From assembly GCA_035486535.1 (NCBI GenBank), contig DATHMY010000119.1, positions 1-47,105 on the forward strand: a DNA stretch of 47,105 nt, in the 5' to 3' direction. The translations under genes were made by a program, and so were the position numbers. Source of the DNA: Candidatus Acidiferrum sp. GTDB lineage: Bacteria; Vulcanimicrobiota; Vulcanimicrobiia; Vulcanimicrobiales; Vulcanimicrobiaceae. A model generated the notes under the pieces. The model saw nothing but the letters and a program-made list of their open reading frames with translations. It was not told the origin of the DNA and made no database searches. The stretch's first letter is position 1; every line of letters starts with the position of its first letter. Positions 1 through 7,873 of the stretch are shown here, piece by piece.

Positions 1-176
1 ACCAAGTCTTCCTTGGATCGGTAGTAGCGATAGACGGTTGCGGGCGAGACGCCGGCGGCGTCCGCGATTTGCTCAACCGTCGTCTGCTCGTAGCCTTGCT
101 CGGTGAAGAGGCGTATTGCTTCTTTTTGAATCGTCGTGCGAACGTGCTCTTTCTTGCGCTCGCGAAGTCCCGCCAT
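1..176 (-). CDS. TetR/AcrR family transcriptional regulator (N-terminal part, runs off window edge)
   Basis: Reverse translation from ATG (complement of 174-176) gives MAGLRERKKEHVRTTIQKEAIRLFTEQGYEQTTVEQIADAAGVSPATVYRYYRSKEDLV, a canonical TetR HTH. It is absent from the ORF track because no stop lies in the window. The start abuts the stop of the upstream MFS gene (TAA-ATG). Confidence 0.85.
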   Translation of the reverse strand, partial: MAGLRERKKEHVRTTIQKEAIRLFTEQGYEQTTVEQIADAAGVSPATVYRYYRSKEDL

Positions 177-1658
177 TTATGCGGCCTGCGCCATCGGCGG
201 TGACTCGCTGCTCGCTTGTGCAGCGGTGCCGGGACGCACGAACAATATCAACGGAATTGTGGCGAGAAAGAGCAGAGCGCTCAAGCGAAACACGTAGTCA
301 TAGGCGATGACGCTCGAGGCTTGCGCGAGCAATCCCATGAGCGTTGCTTGCGACGCGCCGTGCGCTTGCGTGATGCCGCCCGCGAGCTCCGACCAGGCAA
401 CTGCGGTTTCGCGTGTGAGCAGCGTCGTAATCACCGCGATACCGAGGCTTCCGCCGAGCTGCCGAATGAGCTGCGAAATGCCGGTCGCACCGGCAAGTTC
501 TTCGCGCGGAACCTTGGATAGCATCAATTGGGTAAGCGGAATGAAGAGCAAACCCAGACCGAAGCCGATCAGCGCGCGCGGCCAGAATGTGTTATCCAAG
601 CCGGCGTCTTGTGTCAGCCCGCCGAGTTGCCAATTGGCCCAAGCGGCCATCAGCGCGCCAGTAACAAGCAGGATGCGCGCGTCGACTTTGTTGACGATGC
701 GGCTGGTAACGATCATCGCCACGGCAGTTGCGATGGCGTTGGGAATGAGCGCCTTGCCGGATTCGAGCGCCGTCATCCCGAGAATGCTCTGAAAAAAGAG
801 CGGAACGATCAGCTCGCTTCCGAAGAGGCCGAACCCGACGACGAATAAGATCACATTTCCCATGCTAAAGCTGGGGATGCGAAAGACGCGCAGATTCACG
901 ACAGGATAGCGATCGCGCGCCGTCATGATTCCGAAGATGACGAGCGACGCGACGGAGACGAGCGCAAGCGTCACGATCGTGGTCGAATCCCACCAATCTT
1001 CGTGCTGGCCGCGCTCGAGTACGTATTGCAGTGAGATGAGACCGACGGCCATGAGGCCGAGCGCCATCCAATCGATCTCACGCCGCGCACGTTCGATGTA
1101 GTGCGGGGTCGGGATGAACGCGAGCGCCATGAGGAACGTGAGGATGCCGAACGGGACGTTGATGAGGAAGATCAGCGGCCACGACGCGTTGTCGACGATA
1201 TAGCCGCCCATCACCGGGCCGAGCGCGGGCGCGGCCATGATACCGATACCGAAGATGGCCATCGACGCGCCCGAGCGCTTCGGTCCGAACGTTTCAAAGA
1301 GAATGGCTTGCGCGGTCGGCTGCAGCACGCCACCGCCAAGTCCTTGCACCATGCGGCAAATCGTGAGCGCCACGATACTGTGCGCCATGCCGCAGAGGAA
1401 TGAGGCAATGGTGAAGATCGCAATCGCGCCGCAGTAAAACGTCTTGCGTCCGAGATACGCCGTGAGCCAACCGTTGAGCGGCATCACCAGCACGGCGGCA
1501 AGAATGTAGCCGGTCGCGACCCACGCCGCGTCGTCGAGCGACGCGCCGAGGTTGCCGGCGATCGTCGGCAAGGCAACGTTGACGATCGTCATGTCGACGA
1601 TCGCCATGAACACGCCGAGCATGACGGTAACGGTGATGAAGAATTGCGCGCGGGTCAC
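177..1658 (-). CDS. MFS drug-efflux transporter, DHA2 (EmrB/QacA-like, 14-TMS type)
   Basis: 493 aa. The N-terminus FFITVTVMLGVFMAIVDMTIVNVALPTIAGNLGASLDDAAWVATGYILA is the typical EmrB/QacA signature region. The protein is polytopic and hydrophobic throughout and sits in an operon with a TetR gene. Confidence 0.9.
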   Translation of the reverse strand: MTRAQFFITVTVMLGVFMAIVDMTIVNVALPTIAGNLGASLDDAAWVATGYILAAVLVMPLNGWLTAYLGRKTFYCGAIAIFTIASFLCGMAHSIVALTICRMVQGLGGGVLQPTAQAILFETFGPKRSGASMAIFGIGIMAAPALGPVMGGYIVDNASWPLIFLINVPFGILTFLMALAFIPTPHYIERARREIDWMALGLMAVGLISLQYVLERGQHEDWWDSTTIVTLALVSVASLVIFGIMTARDRYPVVNLRVFRIPSFSMGNVILFVVGFGLFGSELIVPLFFQSILGMTALESGKALIPNAIATAVAMIVTSRIVNKVDARILLVTGALMAAWANWQLGGLTQDAGLDNTFWPRALIGFGLGLLFIPLTQLMLSKVPREELAGATGISQLIRQLGGSLGIAVITTLLTRETAVAWSELAGGITQAHGASQATLMGLLAQASSVIAYDYVFRLSALLFLATIPLILFVRPGTAAQASSESPPMAQAA

Positions 1659-1690
1659 CAGCGAGTGGTTCCGTGGCGAAAATGAGACAA

Positions 1691-1723
1691 CCTCTCAAAT
1701 GAGAGAAATTATCATTTGAGAGG
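1691..1723 (-). terminator. 12-bp perfect inverted repeat (CCTCTCAAATGA-9 nt-TCATTTGAGAGG): intrinsic terminator of the DUF1761 gene and/or TetR operator upstream of the MFS gene
   Basis: Arms at 1691-1702 and 1712-1723 are exact reverse complements. On the minus-strand RNA the hairpin is followed by UUGUCUCAUUUUCG. It lies 5 nt after the DUF1761 stop and 33 nt before the MFS start. Confidence 0.5.
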
Positions 1724-1728
1724 CTGTA

Positions 1729-2163
1729 TTAGGCGGCTTTGGGCCTCCAGGCGGCGAGAATCGCGCCCTGGATCGCCATGCCGATCGCCACGTAGCCGAC
1801 GTTCAAAAAGCCGAGCGTGATGCCCCAGCCCGAATAGGCATAATCGAGCCAGGTCATGGTCCCGAAGATCAGCAGTCCAAACGCGAATCCGATCCACGCG
1901 CCCTCCAGCAGGCCGACCGGACCGCGCCAGCGCAGAATCCGCGCCACGCCGTACGCGAGGAAAAACGCGGTGATGAAGTCGACCGAGAAAAGATAGAGCG
2001 GGCTCGCACTCATCATTTGTCCCGTCGCCCCAGCGCCGTTGGTACGCGTGATCTCGGCTAACCACAGTTTGCCGAAGAGCAGATCGTACCAAAGCCATCC
2101 GAAGATGAATTGGGCGATCGCGGACACGAGGATCGCCCACCAGTTGACGTCATTGATGCGCAT
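1729..2163 (-). CDS. DUF1761 family membrane protein
   Basis: 144 aa. N-terminus MRINDVNWWAILVSAIAQFIFGWLWYDLLFGKLW plus about 4 TM segments match the DUF1761 pattern as I recall it. Confidence 0.75.
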   Translation of the reverse strand: MRINDVNWWAILVSAIAQFIFGWLWYDLLFGKLWLAEITRTNGAGATGQMMSASPLYLFSVDFITAFFLAYGVARILRWRGPVGLLEGAWIGFAFGLLIFGTMTWLDYAYSGWGITLGFLNVGYVAIGMAIQGAILAAWRPKAA

Positions 2164-2196
2164 TGGTTTACCTCCAACGTCGTTGCCGAAGAGTTA

Positions 2197-2224
2197 GGGC
2201 CCGCATTGCTGCGGGCCCTTTTTT
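2197..2224. terminator. GC-rich hairpin GGGCCCGC-attgct-GCGGGCCC followed by T6
   Basis: Stem arms at 2197-2204 and 2211-2218, T-run at 2219-2224. It lies between the lipoprotein gene stop (2251) and the DUF1761 start (2163). The T-tract is on the plus strand, so the orientation is not ideal for the minus-strand gene. Confidence 0.45.
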
Positions 2225-2250
2225 ACTCTTCGCGATCGTGCGTCGATCGC

Positions 2251-4380
2251 TTACCGGGGTCTCGCGTGGGGATGCGCGTCGACCGCGTGGTGGCTCTTCT
2301 TGAGCGTGGGTTTCTTGGTGGGCGGAGGCGTGTAGGCTCCGAAACGGTGAGCTTTGTACGCGATCGTGCCGCTACCGGACACACCGTACTGGAACGCGTC
2401 GATGTTGTAGTATTCGGAATCGACTGCCCAGACGTAGCCACCGCCGCCAGAAATCGATTCGAGTTCCTGGCCGTAGTATTCGTCGATCGTCGGCGTTGGG
2501 AAGTAGCTCGTCAGCGGCGAAGCGCCGGAGGTGTTAACGCGGCCGAGCCCGCCCGGTTCTTCGTCTTGACCAGCCCAGAAGCTGCCGTCCGCATATGTCA
2601 CGGCGTAGCTCTCGAAGTAATTGATCGGGAAGGTCGGCTCAGAGAGATTCGATGTGGAGAACGTCTTGGAGCCGGGAACGTAGCCGTAGTAGTAGAGGTC
2701 TTCCCCGGTGTCTTCGTCGCCCCACCACAACGTCGTGCCGTCCGGCCCGGTGGCAATCGACTCGGGATAGAGACTATTCGTCAGCGCCACGGGCGTCGTC
2801 GGCGCGAACGTGGCCGTGGCGATCTTCGTTACCGTGCTGTTGTCCCCGTCGGCAATGAACATCTGCGACCCGTCTGGCGTGATCGACATATCGGCTGGGT
2901 AACCGATGCCACTCAGACCCACCGAGTTGAACGGCGTTTCGACCGGCGTACTCGATCCGGCTTTCAATTCGCCGATGGCGTAGCCGCCTGATGGGATCAA
3001 ATTGCCGGTCAATGAACAAGAGCCGGAGTCTTCGATGAACCAGACATTTCCCGAGCTATCGACCTTGATTGCACCCGCATATCCCTCGAGCGGAACCTCG
3101 GTCGTGGTGCCCGCAGTCGGATTGAGCACGCCGAGCGTACCGGTCTCGATGGTACCGCCTGAACAATTCGGGGCCGAGCTGCTCTCGAAATCACCGCCGT
3201 AATAGATCAGGCCGGTCGCTCCCACGGCGATGTCGTCTTGAGCGTCGAATTCATCGGTTTCGAGCGACGTGCTCATGCCGTGCACGACGGTCATGCCCGG
3301 TACCGTTACCGAGCCGGCCGCAGGCGGATTGTAATAATCGGACGTGTCGCCAGTGAACGCCGTTTGCGCGCCGGCAGTCGCCGTCATCGTCACGATCGCG
3401 TCGCTGTCATAGAGATATGAACAGCACGGGCTGTAGAGATACTGGTAGTACTCATATAGCACCGCGGCCGTTCCGTTCGGTCCAGCGGCAACGTCAGACG
3501 GCTGAGCACCTGACTCGGTGTTTGGCGCCGCACCAAAGTTGGGGCTGTATTGGAAGAGTGTGTCGGTTGCGCCCGATCCGGCGAAGGTCGCGCCAGTTGC
3601 GGCGGTCACACCGGTTGCGCTGGGCGTGATCGTCGATCCGACGTTCGTCCCGCCGTTGTAGGCGAGCGTAACCACTTGCCCCGGCGAGGTGACACTGCTA
3701 GAAGAAAGCGCGAGCGTTTTGTACGTGTCGCCCGTGATCGCGAGCGTGATCGGCGAGGCGAAACCGCCCGGTCCGATGATGAGGTTTCCGCCTGCGTCCA
3801 GCGCTTGCACGAAGACTCCCGTGGAGCTGGCAGTACCGACGGGGAGCGAGCCGGCGCCCAGTACGAGCGAGAGGCTCGCGGGGACGCCGTCAAGGTCGAC
3901 GGCAACCGTCGTGTTCGCGCCGGCCGTCAGCGTTGCCGAGACGTCGCCGGTCGAAAGCAGATTGCCGGTACCATTGGTTCCGTCGTACATCGATAGCGCA
4001 AAAGTATCGGTTCCAGCGGTGGTTACGAACGCAACGTTGCATTGCGTGACGCCGCCCGTAACGACGCTGCAGCCGGTCGAGGCCGGCGTGAGGTTCACGG
4101 TAGCGAGATTCGTCGTCTTGCCGCCGGAGACGATTCCGATCGTCATCGACTGTGTGCTTGCCGAGATGTATTTCGGGCTGACGTGACTCGTTGCCGACGT
4201 TTTCGCCGGAATGTTGATCGTCATCTTGGCCGTCGCGTTACCGGTTGAGGTCGGCTGTGTCGCCGCGTTGCCGCCGGCGGCCGGAATCGACGATCCGCCG
4301 CCTCCGCCGCATGCGGTGAGGACGAGGGAGAGCGCGGCTGTCGCCGCGATTGGAAAGACGTTCGTTCGAATGCGTAACAC
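2251..4380 (-). CDS. secreted lipoprotein: N-terminal Ig-like/beta-sandwich region plus C-terminal beta-propeller (Vgb/NHL-like blades)
   Basis: 709 aa. Signal peptide with lipobox LVLTAC followed by GGGGGS. Repeated blade-like motifs occur (SSGNVWFIEDSG, ITPDGSQMFIADGD, GPDGTTLWWGDED, DGSFWAGQDE, GGYVWAVDSE). The N-terminal half is Thr/Gly/Ser/Ala-rich. Confidence 0.7.
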   Translation of the reverse strand: MLRIRTNVFPIAATAALSLVLTACGGGGGSSIPAAGGNAATQPTSTGNATAKMTINIPAKTSATSHVSPKYISASTQSMTIGIVSGGKTTNLATVNLTPASTGCSVVTGGVTQCNVAFVTTAGTDTFALSMYDGTNGTGNLLSTGDVSATLTAGANTTVAVDLDGVPASLSLVLGAGSLPVGTASSTGVFVQALDAGGNLIIGPGGFASPITLAITGDTYKTLALSSSSVTSPGQVVTLAYNGGTNVGSTITPSATGVTAATGATFAGSGATDTLFQYSPNFGAAPNTESGAQPSDVAAGPNGTAAVLYEYYQYLYSPCCSYLYDSDAIVTMTATAGAQTAFTGDTSDYYNPPAAGSVTVPGMTVVHGMSTSLETDEFDAQDDIAVGATGLIYYGGDFESSSAPNCSGGTIETGTLGVLNPTAGTTTEVPLEGYAGAIKVDSSGNVWFIEDSGSCSLTGNLIPSGGYAIGELKAGSSTPVETPFNSVGLSGIGYPADMSITPDGSQMFIADGDNSTVTKIATATFAPTTPVALTNSLYPESIATGPDGTTLWWGDEDTGEDLYYYGYVPGSKTFSTSNLSEPTFPINYFESYAVTYADGSFWAGQDEEPGGLGRVNTSGASPLTSYFPTPTIDEYYGQELESISGGGGYVWAVDSEYYNIDAFQYGVSGSGTIAYKAHRFGAYTPPPTKKPTLKKSHHAVDAHPHARPR

Positions 4381-4389
4381 GGGATCTCC

Positions 4390-4797
4390 TTAACGCTGCA
4401 ACTGCGGGGTGAATGTCGCGCCCGTGACCGACACGGGTATTGAGGTCGAGCGACCTTGGTCATCACTAACGGTGATCGTTGCGCTACCGCCGCCCACCGG
4501 TGTGACCGTGAACGTTGCGCTCGTACTCGTATCTTCTCGCCGGAGCGCACTTGTAGAGCTGCCGGCGGCAACGGTGACGACGCTCGTGTTCGAAGAGATG
4601 GCGTTGAACGTGCCGGAGTATCCCGGCTCGCTAACGGTGAACGTTTGCGGCGTCGCCGATGAGAATGAGAAAGAAACGACCGATGGCGTGATCGAGTTTG
4701 TCGGGACGAATGTCGCGCCGCGGCCGGCCGACCCGCAACCGGCGAGCACCGCGCATAGAACGAAAAGTGGCGCGATGGCTAAATGACATCGGGACAT
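4390..4797 (-). CDS. small secreted lipoprotein, single Ig-like domain
   Basis: 135 aa. Signal peptide and lipobox (VLAGCGS). The TFTVSEPGYSGTF...TFTVTPVGGGSATITVSDDQGRSTSIPVSV pattern looks beta-sandwich-like. It ends 9 nt upstream of the 709-aa lipoprotein gene on the same strand. Confidence 0.65.
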   Translation of the reverse strand: MSRCHLAIAPLFVLCAVLAGCGSAGRGATFVPTNSITPSVVSFSFSSATPQTFTVSEPGYSGTFNAISSNTSVVTVAAGSSTSALRREDTSTSATFTVTPVGGGSATITVSDDQGRSTSIPVSVTGATFTPQLQR

Positions 4798-4911
4798 GTA
4801 GTTCTCCGGAGGAGTAGGACTAGCTCGCAGGGCCGTTAGCTATCAGCCGGCGGCTTCCTTGATGAGATGCTAGGACGAATGGACTACATAATTCGACTTT
4901 ACAAAGCAAAA

Positions 4912-4943
4912 AGAGACTCACATTGACGTGAGTCTCTTTTTTT
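4912..4943 (-). terminator. bidirectional rho-independent terminator downstream of pnp
   Basis: A perfect 10-bp stem AGAGACTCAC (4912-4921) / GTGAGTCTCT (4928-4937) with a 6-nt loop. It is flanked by A4 on one side and T6 on the other, so both strands read hairpin plus U-tract. Confidence 0.8.
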
Positions 4944-4970
4944 GCGTCTGCGCTTCGCGGCGAAGAGGAT

Positions 4971-7271
4971 CTATTCGTCGTCGCGATGCGTTGGCGGGCG
5001 GCGCCGGCGACGGGTTGGCGGTGCGCCTTCGCCGCTCGGAGCGGCCCCGGCGGGTGCTCCAGCCGGCTCGTCGTTGCGTTCACGGCGCTGCGGACGGAAC
5101 TCGCCGTTGCCGCGGCTCTCGCGGCCGCCGCCGCCACCACCGCTGTTTTCCGAACCCGGAGCGATCACGGCTTTGCGCGAGAGATTGACACGGCCTTGGC
5201 CGTCGATCTCGAGCACCTTGACTTGCACGCTATCGCCGACGTTGAGCACGTCTTCCACCTTCGCGACGCGTTCCGGCGCGAGCTGGCTGATGTGCACAAG
5301 ACCTTCCTTACCCGGAAGAATCTCGACGAACGCGCCGATCGGAATCACGCGCTTGACCGTGCCGTTGTAAATCTCACCGACCTTGACGTCTTTGGTGATG
5401 TTCTCGACGTACTGCTTGGCGGCTTCACCGCTCTTGCCGTCGAGCGACGTGATGAACACGGTGCCGTCGTCCTCGATGTCGATCTTCTCGACGCCGGTTT
5501 CGGCGATGATCTTGTTGATGATCTTGCCGCCTGGTCCGATGACGTCCTTGATCTTGTCGGGATTGATCTTGATCACGATCATCCGCGGTGCGAACTCCGA
5601 AAGCTCCTTACGCGGCTCGGCGATCGTTTCGGTGAGTTTCTCGATGATGAAGAAGCGCGACTTCTTGGCTTGCGCCATCGCTTCGCGCATAATCTCGATC
5701 GTGATGCCCTGGACTTTGATGTCCATCTGGATCGCGGTGATACCCTTCTTGGTTCCCGCGACTTTGAAGTCCATCTCACCGAGTGCATCTTCAAGGCCTT
5801 GAATATCGGTGAGAACCGCGTAGTCCTTACCTTTGAGAATCAGGCCCATCGCGACGCCGGCGACATGCTCGCTGATCGGCACGCCCGCATCCATGAGCGC
5901 CAGCGACGAACCGCAGACGGACGCCATCGACGACGATCCATTTGATTCGAGGACTTCGCTCATCAGGCGTAGCGTGTACGGGAATTCTTCCTTCGGCGGA
6001 AGCACCGGGAGCAGCGCGCGCTCTGCAAGTGCGCCGTGGCCGATTTCGCGGCGGCCGGGTCCGCGCATCGGGCGCGTCTCACCGACCGAGAACGGCGGGA
6101 AGTTGTAGAAGTGCATGTAGCGCTTGTCTTCGAGCGCCACGATGCCGTCGAGACGTTGCGCGTCGCTGGTCGAACCGAGCGTTGCGGCAGTAAAGACCTG
6201 CGTTTGTCCGCGCGTGAAAACGCCTGAACCGTGAACGCGGGGCACGTAGTGCACCTTGCTCCAGATCGGACGAATTTCGTCGGGCTTGCGGCCATCCGGA
6301 CGAATCTTTTCGTCGACGACCATCACGCGCAGCTCGTCCTCTTCCATGCTCTTGACGATTTTGCCGAACTCTTTGCTCGTGCTCGAATCTTCGAGCAGCG
6401 CGCGGACGTCGTCGTCCTTCTTGCCCACGCGGTCGAGCGCTTCCGTAACATTGATGTTCGAGAAGGCTTCTTCGCGCGTGTGCTTGTCGACGATGCGCAT
6501 CGCTTTTGCAACATCTTTCGCAAACGCCTTGCGCACCCACTTGTCGAGATCGGTGTTGACCTTCTTGAGCGGATACTCACGCTTGGCTTTGGCTGCTTTT
6601 TTCGCGAGTTGATTGATCGCTTTAACGATCTTTTTGATCTCGCCTTGCGCGAACTCAACAGCGCCGAGGAAGTCTTCCTCGGAAATCTCATTCGCGCCGC
6701 CTTCAACCATCATGATCGCGTCAGCGGTGCCGGCGACGACAATCTCCATACCGCCGGTTACATATTGCGGCAGCGTGGGATTGGCAATAAACTTGCCGTT
6801 CTCGTCGCGACCGACGCGCACGCCGGCAACCGGTCCGTCGAACGGAATGTCCGAAAGCGCGAGCGCGGCGCCCGCGGCGCAGATACCGAGAATATCGGGG
6901 TCGAGTTCGGGATCCACCGAAAGGACGGTTGCGACGACTTGCACGTCGTTTTGGAAACCTTCGGGGAAGAGCGGACGGATCGGACGATCCATCTGACGCG
7001 AGCTGAGCACGGCGTGCTCAGGCGGACGTCCTTCGCGCTTGATATAGCCTCCCGGAATTTTTCCGGCGGCATACATCTTCTCTTCGAAATCGCAGGTAAG
7101 TGGGAAAAAATCGATGCCTTCACGTGGTTTGAGTGAGGCAGTGGCAGCGCAGAGCACGACGTTTTGGTCGCCATAACGAATCAGCGCGGAGCCGTTGGCT
7201 TGCTTCGCGAGTTCGCCGGTCTCGATGACCATCGTGCGCCCGCCGACCTCTAAGGTAACGGACTCGGGCAC
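4971..7271 (-). CDS. pnp: polyribonucleotide nucleotidyltransferase (PNPase) with Gly/Arg-rich C-terminal tail
   Basis: 766 aa with a GTG start. Two RNase PH domains, a KH domain (GPGGKIINKIIAETG) and an S1 domain (VGEIYNGTVKRVIPIGAFVEILPGKEGLVHISQL). SD AGGAG lies 5 nt upstream. Confidence 0.97.
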   Translation of the reverse strand: MPESVTLEVGGRTMVIETGELAKQANGSALIRYGDQNVVLCAATASLKPREGIDFFPLTCDFEEKMYAAGKIPGGYIKREGRPPEHAVLSSRQMDRPIRPLFPEGFQNDVQVVATVLSVDPELDPDILGICAAGAALALSDIPFDGPVAGVRVGRDENGKFIANPTLPQYVTGGMEIVVAGTADAIMMVEGGANEISEEDFLGAVEFAQGEIKKIVKAINQLAKKAAKAKREYPLKKVNTDLDKWVRKAFAKDVAKAMRIVDKHTREEAFSNINVTEALDRVGKKDDDVRALLEDSSTSKEFGKIVKSMEEDELRVMVVDEKIRPDGRKPDEIRPIWSKVHYVPRVHGSGVFTRGQTQVFTAATLGSTSDAQRLDGIVALEDKRYMHFYNFPPFSVGETRPMRGPGRREIGHGALAERALLPVLPPKEEFPYTLRLMSEVLESNGSSSMASVCGSSLALMDAGVPISEHVAGVAMGLILKGKDYAVLTDIQGLEDALGEMDFKVAGTKKGITAIQMDIKVQGITIEIMREAMAQAKKSRFFIIEKLTETIAEPRKELSEFAPRMIVIKINPDKIKDVIGPGGKIINKIIAETGVEKIDIEDDGTVFITSLDGKSGEAAKQYVENITKDVKVGEIYNGTVKRVIPIGAFVEILPGKEGLVHISQLAPERVAKVEDVLNVGDSVQVKVLEIDGQGRVNLSRKAVIAPGSENSGGGGGGRESRGNGEFRPQRRERNDEPAGAPAGAAPSGEGAPPTRRRRRPPTHRDDE

Positions 7272-7309
7272 AATAACTCCTAGTTTCTTTGCTTTTTGCT
7301 CTTTAAAAT

Positions 7310-7373
7310 GAACCGTGCTCGGTTCGCGCAGCAGCCACTGCGCCCCTGGTGTGGGAGCCGCACGAGGCGGCTC
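7310..7373 (-). promoter_or_regulatory. structured pnp 5' leader: three consecutive stem-loops
   Basis: Hairpins: GAACCG/CGGTTC (7310-7325, followed on the RNA by AUUUUAAAG), GCGCAG/CTGCGC (7326-7343) and GAGCCGC/GCGGCTC (7355-7373). All lie within the 114-nt spacer upstream of pnp. Confidence 0.4.
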
Positions 7374-7385
7374 AAGGTTCCGAGC

Positions 7386-7802
7386 TTAGGCTAGGGTGTC
7401 GACCGTGCTGCCGGCGGCAGGCGTCGAGCCAAGATTTTGCAGCTGGGTTGCCAGCGCAGCGAACTGATCGGCGTTGAGCCCAGCCGACGCATAGAGCGCC
7501 GCGGTCGCGTTCGAGGTGTTGCCGGTCAGGGACTGGGTCAGGGTCTGATATTGCCACTGCGCCAGGGTCGAAACCGCCTGCTGATAGGGGTTCTGTCCCG
7601 TCGAGGTGGTCGCGCTCGAGGGTGTCGTCGTACTCGTCGAGGCGGGGGTCGTCGTGCTGGCCGGCGGCGCGGTCCCGTTGACCCCGCCCGCGGACTCGGC
7701 ATAGCTCGACGGATTGAGCACATCAAAGCCCGGGACGACGTTGGGGGTAATCGGTCCGGTCAAGGCATCGGACCCGATGTACGAGGTGCTCATCCGCGCC
7801 AT
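7386..7802 (-). CDS. hypothetical Ser/Thr/Pro-rich low-complexity protein
   Basis: 138-aa ORF with high third-position GC like its neighbours. The central segment is APPASTTTPASTSTTTPSSATTSTG and the C-terminal part is Gln/Leu/Thr-rich. I recognise no domain and see no obvious signal peptide. Confidence 0.5.
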   Translation of the reverse strand: MARMSTSYIGSDALTGPITPNVVPGFDVLNPSSYAESAGGVNGTAPPASTTTPASTSTTTPSSATTSTGQNPYQQAVSTLAQWQYQTLTQSLTGNTSNATAALYASAGLNADQFAALATQLQNLGSTPAAGSTVDTLA

Positions 7803-7873
7803 CGTATCATCCGGGGCGCTCCCCGGGCTGCAGGCACAGGAAATCTTTACGCCGCGGTCGCGAAAGAGCGGTC

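Noticed and set aside
4798-4911. Promoter for the lipoprotein operon in the pnp-lipoprotein spacer
   Set aside because: Several weak -10/-35-like hexamers (for example TAGCAT) can be picked out, but none has convincing spacing or consensus. It is not reported as a feature.
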